Assembly (NCBI RefSeq): GCF_001194135.2
Contig: NC_068993.1
Location: 1,500,030-1,564,029, forward strand
DNA from: Octopus bimaculoides
Taxonomy: Eukaryota
DNA length: 64,000 nucleotides
Direction of reading: 5' to 3'
Positions within the stretch are counted from its first letter, which is position 1. The number at the start of each line of letters is the position of its first letter. Below, one piece after another: positions 11,928 through 25,300 of this stretch. The translations under genes were made by a program, and so were the position numbers. The notes beneath the pieces were generated by a model that saw only the letters and a list, made by a program, of their open reading frames with translations, searched no databases and was not told where the DNA came from.

Positions 11928-13753
11928 TGTGTGTATGCAAGACCTGTTACTGTTATTTTTGGAACTATAATGTACTACAAAATAAATTCACAGATTTCAG
12001 TAAACACTGTGTAAATAATTTAAACATAATTACACTGGACAGTCAAAAATGACTGTCTTTTTTTTTATACAATCTCATCTGGACAGAAAAGAAGAATCAA
12101 CTGAACTCCTTTCAATATTTGAGATTTCATCAGCAACTGACTACCCGCATCCAACTGAAATCTATAGATTTATTTTGCAGTACACGAGAGTGGGGGGGGG
12201 GGAGATGATCAGCATTCATGCAATCAAGGAAAAGGGTTGCTAGAAAATGTGATGATAGTAAAAAAGACCACATTTGGAACATTTGAATGCTTTTGTTTTA
12301 GTATTTACACAGTGATATTTACAAACAAAAAAGAGCAACCATTTCAAGGTTTTCATTTAAAACATTAGAAATGTCCTGAAACATTATTCCAAGTATTGGG
12401 AAATGATAAATTGAGCATCTTCTGTTAGGGAGAGTATTAGAAGAAAAGGTATGACTGTTCTGTTTAGTAACAGTGATATGTTTATTGCAGTAATGGTAAA
12501 AGTCCTGCTTAGAAGCTATACCATGGCTAATAGTAGTAGTAGTAGTACTAACTGATACTAAGGCGTACTATGTCTAATAACAGCAGCATTTATAGAATAT
12601 TTACGGAACAGCATTTTGGTAAGCAGAGAGCGACAAATTTTGAAGGAAGGAATAACAACATGATTGACCCCAGTTCATGACCGGTACTGATTTTATTGAC
12701 CAGAGGCAAATTTAAGACATTGGCAGCCTCTAAATCATCACTCTTCTGATTTTACTATTAGTTGTATGAAGTGACAGGGATTATTGGAACATAACTTTTA
12801 AGTAACTAAGTCGCTTGTGTAACAAAGCTCTTTGTAACATTGTTACTTGTGTAACAGAATACTTAGTAATGATGTTACTAATATAAAAGAGGTCTTGATA
12901 ATGGTCTTGGTACTGTAATACTTCTTTGTAGTATTTTTGGTAGAGTTAAAATTGTGTTATTTTAAGCTCCAGGTTAATAATCATCAAGTAGAGTCATGGT
13001 CAAACTTATTCCTGGCATGACCATCCCAACGTTTCAGTAGTATTTAAGACTACATTATCTAATGTCCATCCTTCTATTTATAAGACAGTGGATTGTGATT
13101 CAAGACAGATTTAGTTGCTATTTCTAGCAGATCAAAAGACCACATGTGATACTTTTTTTTCTTTTTAAGTGTTTTAGTGCTTGTTCTTAATTAGAATTAT
13201 TATTAGTAGTTTCAATATAGTAATTAATAATTGTGTTAATTGTAATATGTTTACTATTGTTAACAATGGTTTGTTAATTGTCATATCAATTAAGAGACAG
13301 ACAACCATTACTCTGAAATCTATCCATATTTATAATCATATAATTAATTGCTGGTCAGGATACCATATTTTGTTACGCAACCATAACATACTACAAAGTA
13401 TATTAAAGGCTTTTTAAGCCAATACTGCATCCTTCCTGTGTTAGCAGTGCTATTCAGTCAGTTTCAGGGCTGGCTTTAATTTCTAAAGAAAACCTGTAGA
13501 GATAACTTTAAAAGAAGGTAATTAAACAATTGTTAGCACAACTTTCTTAAATATAAATCTAAACAATGTTATCTTCTCAGAATTATTAATAAAGCTGATA
13601 ATATTTTTACAAGAACAAAATAATGAATCACATACATACAACATGTGTGTATGTGTAAAATATATATAAAACACAACCAGGACTAGAATTTGAAAAAAAG
13701 ATTAAGGTTTCCTGTATTTTGTGAGAAACAAAATACTTCGTGTTTATCAAACA

Positions 13754-13830
<77 letters not shown>

Positions 13831-15602
13831 ATATATATATATGAATGGATGTATACAAACTCTGAGAATTAGAAAACTAATAGAAAGCCACACATTTTGG
13901 CTATCATGGAATTAATGTTTTCTTTTCTCCAATTATAATTTTTGTATTTAAGTGTGAAAGAAAAATGGTGTTGTATGTGTTAGAATTAAAATGTGTAGAG
14001 ACACACACAGACTTTTTTTTGTTCATTTTGCGATCCAGAAGCCTGAAGTGCCCAGACCAAGACCCCTTTCTTTGTGTTCCGAGTATGTAATGTTTGTGAT
14101 ATGTAAGGTAAAACTGTTTTTACATACCTGGATCTAAGATTTTATTCAAGCAACTTTATGACTCTCTTCTGCTTATGAACAGCTTCAGAAAAAAACAAAA
14201 AGCAGCGTGTGTGTGTGTGTGTGTGTCTGTGCATGCACTTGGGATATTGTGCAAAAAATAAAAACTTTTTAATGGGTTTTTCAAACATGTTTAAAGAACA
14301 CTTTTCTATGATTACTGGGATTTGAATGGAAATGGTTAACCAAACTATTAGAATTAATCCCAGACTCATGGATTTAAAGCTGAAACTTTCACTGTGATTC
14401 CTGTAGACATCATTAGTTGATTAATAATGTCACTATCAACAAATATAAAACTTTTTAAAACAAAAAGAAAATATAAAATATTTTCCCCAAAACATAAAAA
14501 TAGTAAAATAGTCTGTGACCTACATAACTAAACTAATTTCAATCCAATATTATATAAGAATCAGAGCTGCAACCACGGGCTCAGTCCAACTAGCTGTGGA
14601 ATAGGTTCCATGGACAAGGAAGCTAAGAACAAAACAAGAAGAACTGCGTATGGACTGCTGACTATTTTGTTTTGTTTTATCTAACAGTGCAATGTCTGAA
14701 TCTGTTCATAAAGAGGATCTACAAATTAGAACAAGAGGTGGGTGACTCAGTTTTGCTCAATGACTTGAAAACAGAAATCAAACTCCAGTCTATTGAATTA
14801 TTTTCAATAACAATCCTGGATAATTAATAACAAATAATTAGTCCTTTCAGCGACAGTTGCTGCAGCAATGTATTAACATGAATTGGTTATTGAACGCCTG
14901 AGTCACAGTAAAACTTCGTTTTTGCAGCCTTCATTTATTTAAGATATTTAATAACTTTCCAGCTAAGCTATAGCTGAGCTCTTGTTATCTCAGAAGCTCA
15001 TCATAAAACAATTTTAATTGAACTATTCATTAATTCCACTAATTGCTGAAATATTTATAATTGTGAACTGTTTTTTTGAAGAGACTCAAACTAGAATTAT
15101 ATTTCTATATTAGAGGCAAATAAAAAGTCCCTACCAAGTTTGGAGAGAGAGAGAGATATGGTCAGTATAAAACAGAAAATATACACAGATTATACAATAA
15201 GCTGTCATTGATCTTGTGTAGTCCAAGGTGGACCTTGACTGAGCTGACCTATACCCAACCATTTTAGGAAAGAAGAGTTTAAGTGTAAATTGAGAGATCT
15301 GACTGCTATTACTAGCCAGTTGAATGACCATAGAGAAGCCTCTTCATGCACTCACAAAAATAGTAGGTTTGAAAACAAAACTGAGATAGAAATAAAAATT
15401 TTGAAAAAGCTAAGCTGAAAATAATGCAATAAGCTAAAAACCCGAGTAAATATGACATTTAGGTATTTAAAGGGATCAAATAAAAATTTATAAACATGCA
15501 GCAATCAGAAGATACAAACACACAACAATCACCCTCATTCCAACAACCAAGGAAACATTAATGGTAAATTCTTCACAAAGTTTGCAGATTTTGAATTACA
15601 AG

Positions 15603-16342
15603 TTATTTCCTTGACTTTACTTGCTGACCACCTCTAACACAAAGTGGTTTGTTGGTTAGGTTAGAACTCAAGGCAGGGCTTTTAGCAGTTCTTGCTGAAT
15701 TCTTTTTAGTTTCATTTTTCTTTGGTGGAACCGTCTTAATATTTTTGTCTTTTCCTAAAGATAATTTTGGTGCCTTTTGACCAAAATTTCTCTGGTTTGT
15801 ATTATTGGGTTTTAGGGAATTCTCTTTATCCTGTATTTTCAATTGAGGACAGATTTTCTCTGTTTGGTCTTTACTCTTTTCAATGGACAATTTTGGTGGC
15901 GCTTTGCTAACTCGAGCCTGGTTTGTGTTACGAGGTTTCAACACAGCTTTCGATAATCTGCTGATAAAATTTCCAAACGAAGACCTTCGGTCAGATTTCT
16001 TTGGTTTGTTATCTGGGCTTAACTGGAAAAGAACTGGCATTTCTGGAACAGTGCTCACTTCTTTTTTGGTAAGGGTATTACTCGGTGTTTCAAGATTAAG
16101 ACTTTCAAGGGTAAATAAGCTTTCTGGCCGTGCAAGTGGTGCCTTCAGTATCTCACCATTTTTTATTTCACATATTTCTTTATATTTGTGCCACTGGTTT
16201 TCACCAGAGACAATACTGTCCGTGAAATCGCTTTGGCTTCGCACATGGGTTTTCTTAAAAGGCTTCGATGAACTTTCTGAACATGTAGCTTGACTTACTT
16301 TGGTAAAAGGTGCTGTGTGAATTTTAAATAGCATTGTCTTGG
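15603..16342 (-). CDS. Formin last coding exon, basic Ser/Lys/Pro-rich tail
   Basis: Acceptor tttag at 16343, phase 1 matching the previous exon, open to TAA at 15603 (KTMLFKIH...QVKSRK). Confidence 0.8.
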
Positions 16343-19300
16343 CTAAATTGGTAAATTAACAAATAATAATAATAATAAATAAAATCTTGGAATATTATAT
16401 AAATTCAATGAACAGATGAAATTCAGACATGAAAATTAACAATTCTAACTATACCTCAACATTAACTGTTATAGTAAGATTGAAATCTATTTATAGTATA
16501 ACCAGGGACCAACCTCATTTCACAGCTACAGTAGCTGCTGCATTAAAACAGAATGGTTGTGGTATAAACCATTGGCATGGAGAAGAGGGAAACGAGGGTT
16601 GTGATGCTCAAATCTTTTACAAGAACATTAATAATATCAAACATGTGAAATAGCCACAAACAAGGATGTAAATCTTAGTCTTGGTTAATTAACTGTTTGT
16701 TTTATGTTCATTTTTCTATGCTGACATGGGTCAGATGAATACAAATTACTGAAGTATTGTTTTAAGGCCAGATATCCTTCCTGCCTGTCACTACATCATA
16801 CCTGTTTTACAAGGAAAGAATTAAAAAAAATTCCTTGCATCTTTGAAAGTGGTGAGCTTGCAAACAATTTATTGACAGGGGATGCCAACAAACTTTGCTA
16901 TTTGGAGCTTTGCAGAGAATGTAAACATTCACACACACAAGCTTCTGTACAGATTCCATCTAACAGATTCACTCACAAGGAATTAACTAGGCCTAGGACT
17001 ACAGTAGATGTCACTTGCCCAAGGTGCTGTGCAGTGGATTAGAACCTGCTACCATATGGTCGGAGAAGTGAACTTCTTGACCACGCCATATAATTGAAAT
17101 AAAAATGTTTTACATACCAGAAGAAATTTTGTTTTTCTGTGTAATGCGGAAATCAGTCAATGTTTCGTCAAAGTCATCTTCGTCTTCTGGGAGTTTTATT
17201 TGACTTCCAGCAAAACTGATTCGACTAAAATTCAGATGATGTTTAGAAGCATCACTTCGAGCTGGAGTACTAATCAAATTATTAGGTTTTCCAGCAAATT
17301 TCTCAAAGTTACCACCATGAACCTCTTGAAGGATTCGATCCATTGGACCTTTCTTGTTCTCCAAAGCAGATGAACATGCATCTGTGAGTAAACAGAAAGA
17401 AATTCAGACAGAAATTCATAGTTTTATAATTTACAAAAATAAAGAGAAAAATCCACGAAAATGGCTAGTTTAATTGAGAAACATTTTATCATCATCATCA
17501 TCATCATTTAACGTCTGTTGTTCCTTCAAGAGAAAACAGGGAATCAATAAATATTTCAAATAGTTATCAGCCTATAGATTCGAACCTCTTCATAAAATAA
17601 TTTTGATGCCGACACCGTCTAAATGAAATATTGTATCTTACAAAGAAAACTTTACAGAAATATTATTGCTGTTAAGCAAAATATCAACAGGAATATCAAC
17701 TGATGCCAGAATTGAGTGAANNNNNNNNNNNNNNNNNNNNNNNNNNNNNNNNNNNNNNNNNNNNNNNNNNNNNNNNNNNNNNNNNNNNNNNNNNNNNNNN
17801 NNNNNNNNNNNNNNNNNNNNNNNNNNNNNNNNNNNNNNNNNNNNNNNNNNNNNNNNNNNNNNNNNNNNNNNNNNNNNNNNNNNNNNNNNNNNNNNNNNNN
17901 NNNNNNNNNNNNNNNNNNNNNNNNNNNNNNNNNNNNNNNNNNNNNNNNNNNNNNNNNNNNNNNNNNNNNNNNNNNNNNNNNNNNNNNNNNNNNNNNNNNN
18001 NNNNNNNNNNNNNNNNNNNNNNNNNNNNNNNNNNNNNNNNNNNNNNNNNNNNNNNNNNNNNNNNNNNNNNNNNNNNNNNNNNNNNNNNNNNNNNNNNNNN
18101 NNNNNNNNNNNNNNNNNNNNNNNNNNNNNNNNNNNNNNNNNNNNNNNNNNNNNNNNNNNNNNNNNATTTTATATAGAGCTGTTGTTATATTTATGATGTA
18201 GGTGTGGACTCTTCAAACTGAAATGAAACCAACACACACAAGGAGAGCAATAGCTGTGAATAAATACTGATATGATGTACAGGATACTCTTTATAGACCT
18301 GACAAACTCTCCAGTGCTGGTGGCACAATAAACTGCATCCAGTCTCTGCCATAGAATAGTCGGTGATATGAAGGGCAGCCAATCTACCTCTGACACAACA
18401 GAAAATATTGGTTTCAAATTTTGACACAAGGCCAGCAATTTTGTGGGGAGGAGGCAAGTTGATTACATTGACCCCAGTGCTCAACTGGTCCTTATTTTAT
18501 CAACCCCAAGAGGATGAAAGGCCAAGTCAACCTCAGAACATAAAGACAGACAAAATGTCACAAAGTATCTTGTCTGGCATGCTAATGATTCTGCCAGCTC
18601 ACCACCTTTGCAATGGGAAATATTGACAGTTTTTTTCCTATGCTGTACGTCAGATGGTGAAGGAGAACAACAAATAGCAGAATGCTGTCACACCTGTCCA
18701 ACCCTTGGCAACAGAGAAAAGTGAATATTAAACGAAGATCAATGCGGATAAATATGTTATAAAAGAAGAATTGCATTAGAAATCAGAACCCAAGTTGGCC
18801 CTGAATGAGTGGATCTATGATCAAAAGCTCTCCACACATGACAATCCCTGTACTACGTTAGCTTATGTGGCCTTCCTTCCCTTTTAAGATGGTACAGGTG
18901 TAATCTTAAGGAGATGTGACTATTATTTCTACAACATGAAATGATCACACAGCTCCAGGAGTCAATCAGAATAAATGACAAAGAAAGTTTCACTGAATTG
19001 TCAGTTAAATTAAACCCTGAACACCATCTGATGGTATCAAGAGAAATAAGTCAACTTACTCTACCAAATTCATTGAAGAACCAGAAAATTGCTACCATTA
19101 CTTACTGTACGACATTTCTTTACTGCTTCATAGAATTCATGGAGATCTTGGAAGCACTTCTGAAGGCTGAAATCATCGACGTTTTCACAGAAGTAACCAG
19201 CTACCTTATGAGCCAATGTTCGTAAAAGTCTCAACCGTGTTTGGAGTTCACCAAATAATAATTTCACATCCTGAAAAATATTCAGGAATTTTTTTTTCTT

Positions 19301-22300
19301 TTTGATTGAAAAAACATTTTTAGATCAACATAATTAATAGTGGAAAGACAGTGTGTAGCTAAACTGTTTGTTATACAAAACTAATTATAATAATAATTAC
19401 TTGCTTAGGAATAAAGTTAGATTTAATGAGAGGAGGAAGGACAGGACTGATGACCCTTTTTCAGTGTCTGCTGAGGATGGTGGCAGGAAAGAAGTCAGTT
19501 AGTTTGGTCCAAATGCTTGCTCTACTAAAGATACCCAAGTGTCAGATGGTGGTGCTAAATTTGGCTGACAAATTAAATGACTTAAAGCAAAACAGCTCCT
19601 TGGACAAACGTCCACACAATTTCCATCTACCAAATTTCACTCAGCGACAAGAAAAAAAATTCAATGAAACCTCAAAACCTCACCTTGATAAAAATACTAA
19701 ATAAATTGTTCACTTCCTGGTCAGCTTGACTGAGTTCTTTCAGAAACTGCTTTAAACTGTTACTCAATGCCGTTACTTCATTTCGCGTCTCATCCAAACA
19801 ACATCTTTACAGGAAAATAAAAATAAAAACATTGGTTGCAATTATTCATTTTTATGGAAATGAAAACAGTTTGATTTTGAAGTAGAAAAAGAAAAAGATT
19901 GCTTACGCTGCAGCTTTCTCCAGAATGTCTGCATCAGCAGTGAACATGAGAACCTGTTCATCGTTTTCTTCAGCCAATTCCACTAAATGATGAAGTAAGT
20001 TGAAATAGCTGAATTCGGTAGCTTTTATTTTGGACACTTCAAGCAGACTTGATAACTTGAAACCATACGCACAGCCATAACAGCTTTCCTATAAACCAGA
20101 GAACATATAGAAATATGCATCACACATATATAATAGATAAACATACATATACATACACACAGAGGTGAGGTGTACAAATTTACCCTGTAAACCATATATG
20201 TGAGTCGGGGGTCGGATTAATGTTGGATTTTATGTTCAGTTATGATAAAATCAATTTTGCATAAATCTAAAGGGCTTACTCCACAAATATATCCGACAAG
20301 TCAAGTGAGACCAGCCCATTTATGAATACCCCTCATTCATTGGACAATAAACCTTGCTTGTGAAGACCTATTGAGGCAAGTGAAATCAAAATTCCTGACA
20401 TGGCTGACGACAATACCGCCTGACTAGCACTCGTACCAGTAAAAGCACATCCGAGCATGATCGTTGCCAGGACTACAGATTGGCTCCCGTGCTGGTGACA
20501 CATGAAAAGCACCATTTGAGCATGATCGTTGCTAGCGTCGCCTTACCAGCACATGTGCCGGTGACATGTGAAAAACATTTGAGCATGGTCATTGCCAGTG
20601 CTGTCAGACTGGCTCCCGTGCAGGTAGCACATAAAAACACCTTTTGAGCATGATCGTTGCCAGAATCGCCTGACTGGCCCTTGTGTTGGTGGCACGTAAA
20701 AAGCACCCACTACACTCTCGGAGTGGTTGGCGTTAAGGGCATCCAGCTGTAGAAACTTTGCCAGACTAGATTGGAGCCTGGTACAGCCTTCTGGCTCACC
20801 AGTCCTCAGTCAAACCGTCCAACCCATGCCAGCATGGAAAGCGGACGTTAAACAATGATGATGATGACACATATATGTATTCAGAAAATAGAGAAATCAG
20901 AAATAGAAAATAAGGAATAAACAAAATATAAAAAGAAAAAATTTGGAAATTATTTACCTGGTTAAGGTAATTACCAGCTCCCAAAATTAAATGAAGGAAA
21001 TCTCTCAAGCCTGCATCTTCTAAGACAGTTTTGCAGGCATCTACCATGCTACGAATACTGGTTCGCAGTTTGACAAATTTGATAAGGAATTCTGATTGAA
21101 GGAAATGACCTCTCAGTATCAAATGGAAATCGTTGACATCAGATAATTCAACAAGGAACTGTTCAGTTGGGTGAAGAAGCAATCTTTCACCTTGGTAAGA
21201 ACGAAGTGCTGCCACCTACAGGAAATACAGTTTAGAATATTTTAAGAACACTGTTTTTTTTTATCTTTGGTCGACTAATACTTACGATTGTTCTAAATGA
21301 TTATTTTAATAGAGTAAAATAACTCATTAAGCACAAGACATGGGATTCTAAAAGCAAAAATATATTTGAGAGCCAATGCTGTTGATAGAAGAATTAGGAA
21401 GTTAAGCATAAGTTTTCTCTAAAGTTTTAATTTAAAGAATACGTTATTTCATACTCACTTCTTCTTTAGTTGGAAGAATCTTGATAAGACTCGACAGAGT
21501 GGTCTGAGGTATGCTAGCAACATTGTTCTCTTGTAAAGCTCTGACTAAATCCTCAGCATCATATTCACTTCGTGTAAGAAACAGTGTGACATTCATCAAA
21601 GTCTGCATTCCGACCAGCTGCCTCGACGAAGATTGATAAAAGAAGAAATGAAGAGATAAATGGGAAACATTTAACAACAAAAACAAATTGTGTAACTCAA
21701 GTGGACACATTAAAGGACTCCAGAAATATTTCTGAGTGGATTATTGAATAACAATTGGTGAACAAGTGTGTGATTGATTATTAGTTTCTAATGGATCATC
21801 ACTGGCTTAATGCATTTCTGATAAGAATGACAAGGGGAGTATCTGTAAGTTGGCACAGAACAAATATCACAATGGACTTTATATCAAATGTACCAATCTT
21901 TATAGATGTGCATCAGCAAAATGTAAACACACAACTACACACTAACACACATCTGCATACATGACAGGCATCCGCACCAAACTCTACATGTATGGTATCA
22001 ATCAGCATACCATTATGAGAGGCAACACTGGCACCAAATACCAGACAGTGAGATCAAAGAGAGAACAATGTTGTTGCAAAACTTCTAAACCTCACAGATT
22101 CACCTGCACTTTATAACGTAATGGAGAGATTTAGTTTAGTCTTACTTACATGGGTATTTTCAACAGGAATATTAGAATAAAACAGGTCTTCCATTTTACT
22201 AAAATTTGGTATAATTGGTAGAAAGTCATTACTGGATCTCCAGATGCAATTATCTGATTTCTCTGTAAAAAAGAAAAAGAAAAAAAAATCAATAATAAAT

Positions 22301-25300
22301 TATAATATTTGTATAAACCATAGGAAGGTCATGTAGCCATAGAAACCATGCCAAATCAGACTGGAGTCTGGGACAGACCTTCAGCTTACCAGTGCTAGAC
22401 AAACTATCAAATCCATACCAGCATGGACAATGGACGTTAAATGATGATGATGATGACTTTAGAAATTTATATAATAGTCTAAATCCTCAACTGGATGAAG
22501 TATATTACTTAAGTATGATAGAGAGGCCAGGAGCCAAGTGTCTTTACTGAAGAAGTGAATACATAGAGAAGCCAAAGTGCAAGGTGAATATGAAAGAAAA
22601 CAGGAAGAAAATGGGTGGGTAAGTTAGTAAGAAATAATAATTTTGTACCGATTTCTTTTGGTGTTATTTTCGACCAATGGATTTTCTTCAATTTCTTTGA
22701 TGGTGTGAAACACATCCATAATAAAAGTTTGTCACAATTAGTGTCAAACAGATTCTTTTCAGTTCCAAATGGGTATTTAATTACAGGGGCAGCATTTCCT
22801 TCTTGACTATCACTGCTTCCTTCACAAAGAGAATTAATAAAATTATCTTCCTTCAGAATGTCAAGATCTTTGTCGTACACTTTCTTACACTTCTGACCGT
22901 CTGTCCAGACTGGTTTCTCTCCCGATTGAATTTTGGGAATAAGGTTTTCAATCAGCTGCCATTTCTCTGAACTAAAGACAACAAAATAATAATAATTAAT
23001 AAAGATATTTTAATGAACAAAAGGTTTACCTATAAATAACTTCTAAAGAAAAACAAGAAACTAAAAGTATTTATTTAGAAAAAACCTTTTGTGAGGGGTG
23101 GGGGGAGGGCAGGCAGTACCCATGATTTTTTACATGGTTCCCAGGATTGGCTTTGGTGGGAGGTTGAGAAGGAGGTATCCTTAAACTGGAAACCTGCCTC
23201 AAATGCTTGCAACAAAATGGGGTCCACTAAAGGAACCTCCAAGGTGCCTGGTGGTGATGGTGTTAACCTGACAATGGTGTCTACGACTGATGGAAAGTAG
23301 TTCTTTGTGGATATTTATCAAAACTGCCATTCTTTTACTTGTTACAGTCCTAACAGTGTGGCTAAACTGCAGCACTTCTTTCAAGAATCTATTTGGTTAC
23401 ATAAACACCTTGGTACATCACTAATATTACCAACTTTAGCATGTAAATAAATATTAGCTAATACTCAAGATATTTTGTCCAAGACAATACCAATTCTAAC
23501 AGCCACCCAAGAGAATAAACAACATTTAACCTAAGATGGAATAATTCTAAACCATTAACAGCTCATCTTACAGAAATGGAAGGAAATGGTTTGTGGTTAT
23601 CTCCCTTCAATGACACGAAATATATAAATGCAAACCAGAGGGAGTCTGGTTCTCTGCATTCTGGGTTCAAATTCTGTCATGGCTTACTTTGGCGGTAGAC
23701 TTCATCTCCAGCCCAGTTTAACATTACCATTTCCTAACTCTTTGGTGCCTCCAGCAGAGTTCATTTCATCTCCTAACTATTTAGTACCTCTAGCAAGAAT
23801 TCATTCTGTTGCAAGTATTCAGACCAGGTCTCCCTTCCTCTCACCAATCTCAGGGACCCAGAAGGGAGCAATGGGCAGGGCCCTTCATTCTAATTGAGCA
23901 ATAAATAAAAGAATATTCAATGAATTAACACATGGGGCAAAGTAAAAAATTTTCTTTACTTTTCTTCGTTTTCACTGTTGTATTCAAGGGAGAGTAAATC
24001 TTGTAAAATGTGCAGAAACGATACATATTTCGGTGTTCCCAGAGTCTGGAAAATGAAAACAAACATCAGAGAAAGTATTTAATTTCTTCAATATATCATT
24101 CAGCAATGAAGCTAACAAACTAAATTCATTACTTCAGTAACATTAAAAGAGTTAATGAGCAGAGAGAGAGAGAGTGTGTGTATGTGCATGTGTGTTTCCA
24201 TTTGTGCTTCTCTGAAAACCACTCAGATACAGAGAATGGTAATGTTACTTTTGTTTTTTTCTTTTCAATAGGCAATGCTGCTGGTTTTGTGCCTTCAAGG
24301 GCATGGTATAGGAATTCCCTTGCTTGAAAAACAAGAGTAAGTGACAGGAAGGGCATCCATCTGTAAAACAATTCCTTGATATATTCATCTAAACCATACA
24401 AATGACACTAGAGAGTGCCTTTGGCACAATCACCAATATTAACAACGATAGCATTAAATCATAATTTCTAACAGGGGCACAAGGCCACAAATTGTGGGGT
24501 AGTGGAGGGGAGTGGTTGATTAAAACAATCCTGGAAGTTGATCTCAGTAAGATTTGAGCCAGAACATAAAACAGCCATTAACCACAGAATTTCATCAGTT
24601 ATTTTATGGTCTCAGTCAATCCATATATTTTGCCATTTTAAAGAAATTTACCCATGATATCAACTAGTCAAGTTGGAAAATATTTAATACAACAGATAAT
24701 ATATTCTGATATTGTTGAATCTGGAGATATCAGGCTTTATATATATGAGGAATTCACACTACCTTTTCAATAATAGAATCCAATAATGCTGAAGGGCTTT
24801 GGTAATCCATCTCAAATTTGGTCTGCATGTCTTCTTCATCTTTGTGCTTTTGAGAATAAAATGCCTGCAAGGAGAAGAAAAGCAAAACCTCAACATCATC
24901 ATCACCATAATCACTCTCAGCACATTTCAAATCCGTTTTCTGCTAAATGGAATTGGTTAAAAGGGGTGGGGGTACATTACAGCCTTCCTTTCTCCTGGCT
25001 GGACACTTTTACTCTTCACAAATATTTCTGACAGAAAGAGTTAAGAATATATTTTTTTTTTTACAGCACTAAAACAACTTTCCACATGTTATTTAATTTA
25101 GCCATTGTACATTGGAACAAAAATATTTTTTTTAATAAACTGTTAAAACTTGAAATTTCTATTATAACATATTTTGGCTACAGTTCAAAACGATTTTCAC
25201 AAGTTTCTGGTCGTGTTGATTAAACTTTCAGCGGCAGAACATAAAGTTTCAGAAATCTAGTTATTTGTTGAAATTCTTATTTCCCAAAAGAGTAAGTTTA

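Noticed and set aside
20395-20700. Regularly spaced 60-65 bp repeats superficially like a CRISPR array
   Set aside because: The units are diverged along their whole length with no unique spacers, lie inside a dispersed eukaryotic retroposon, and there are no cas genes.
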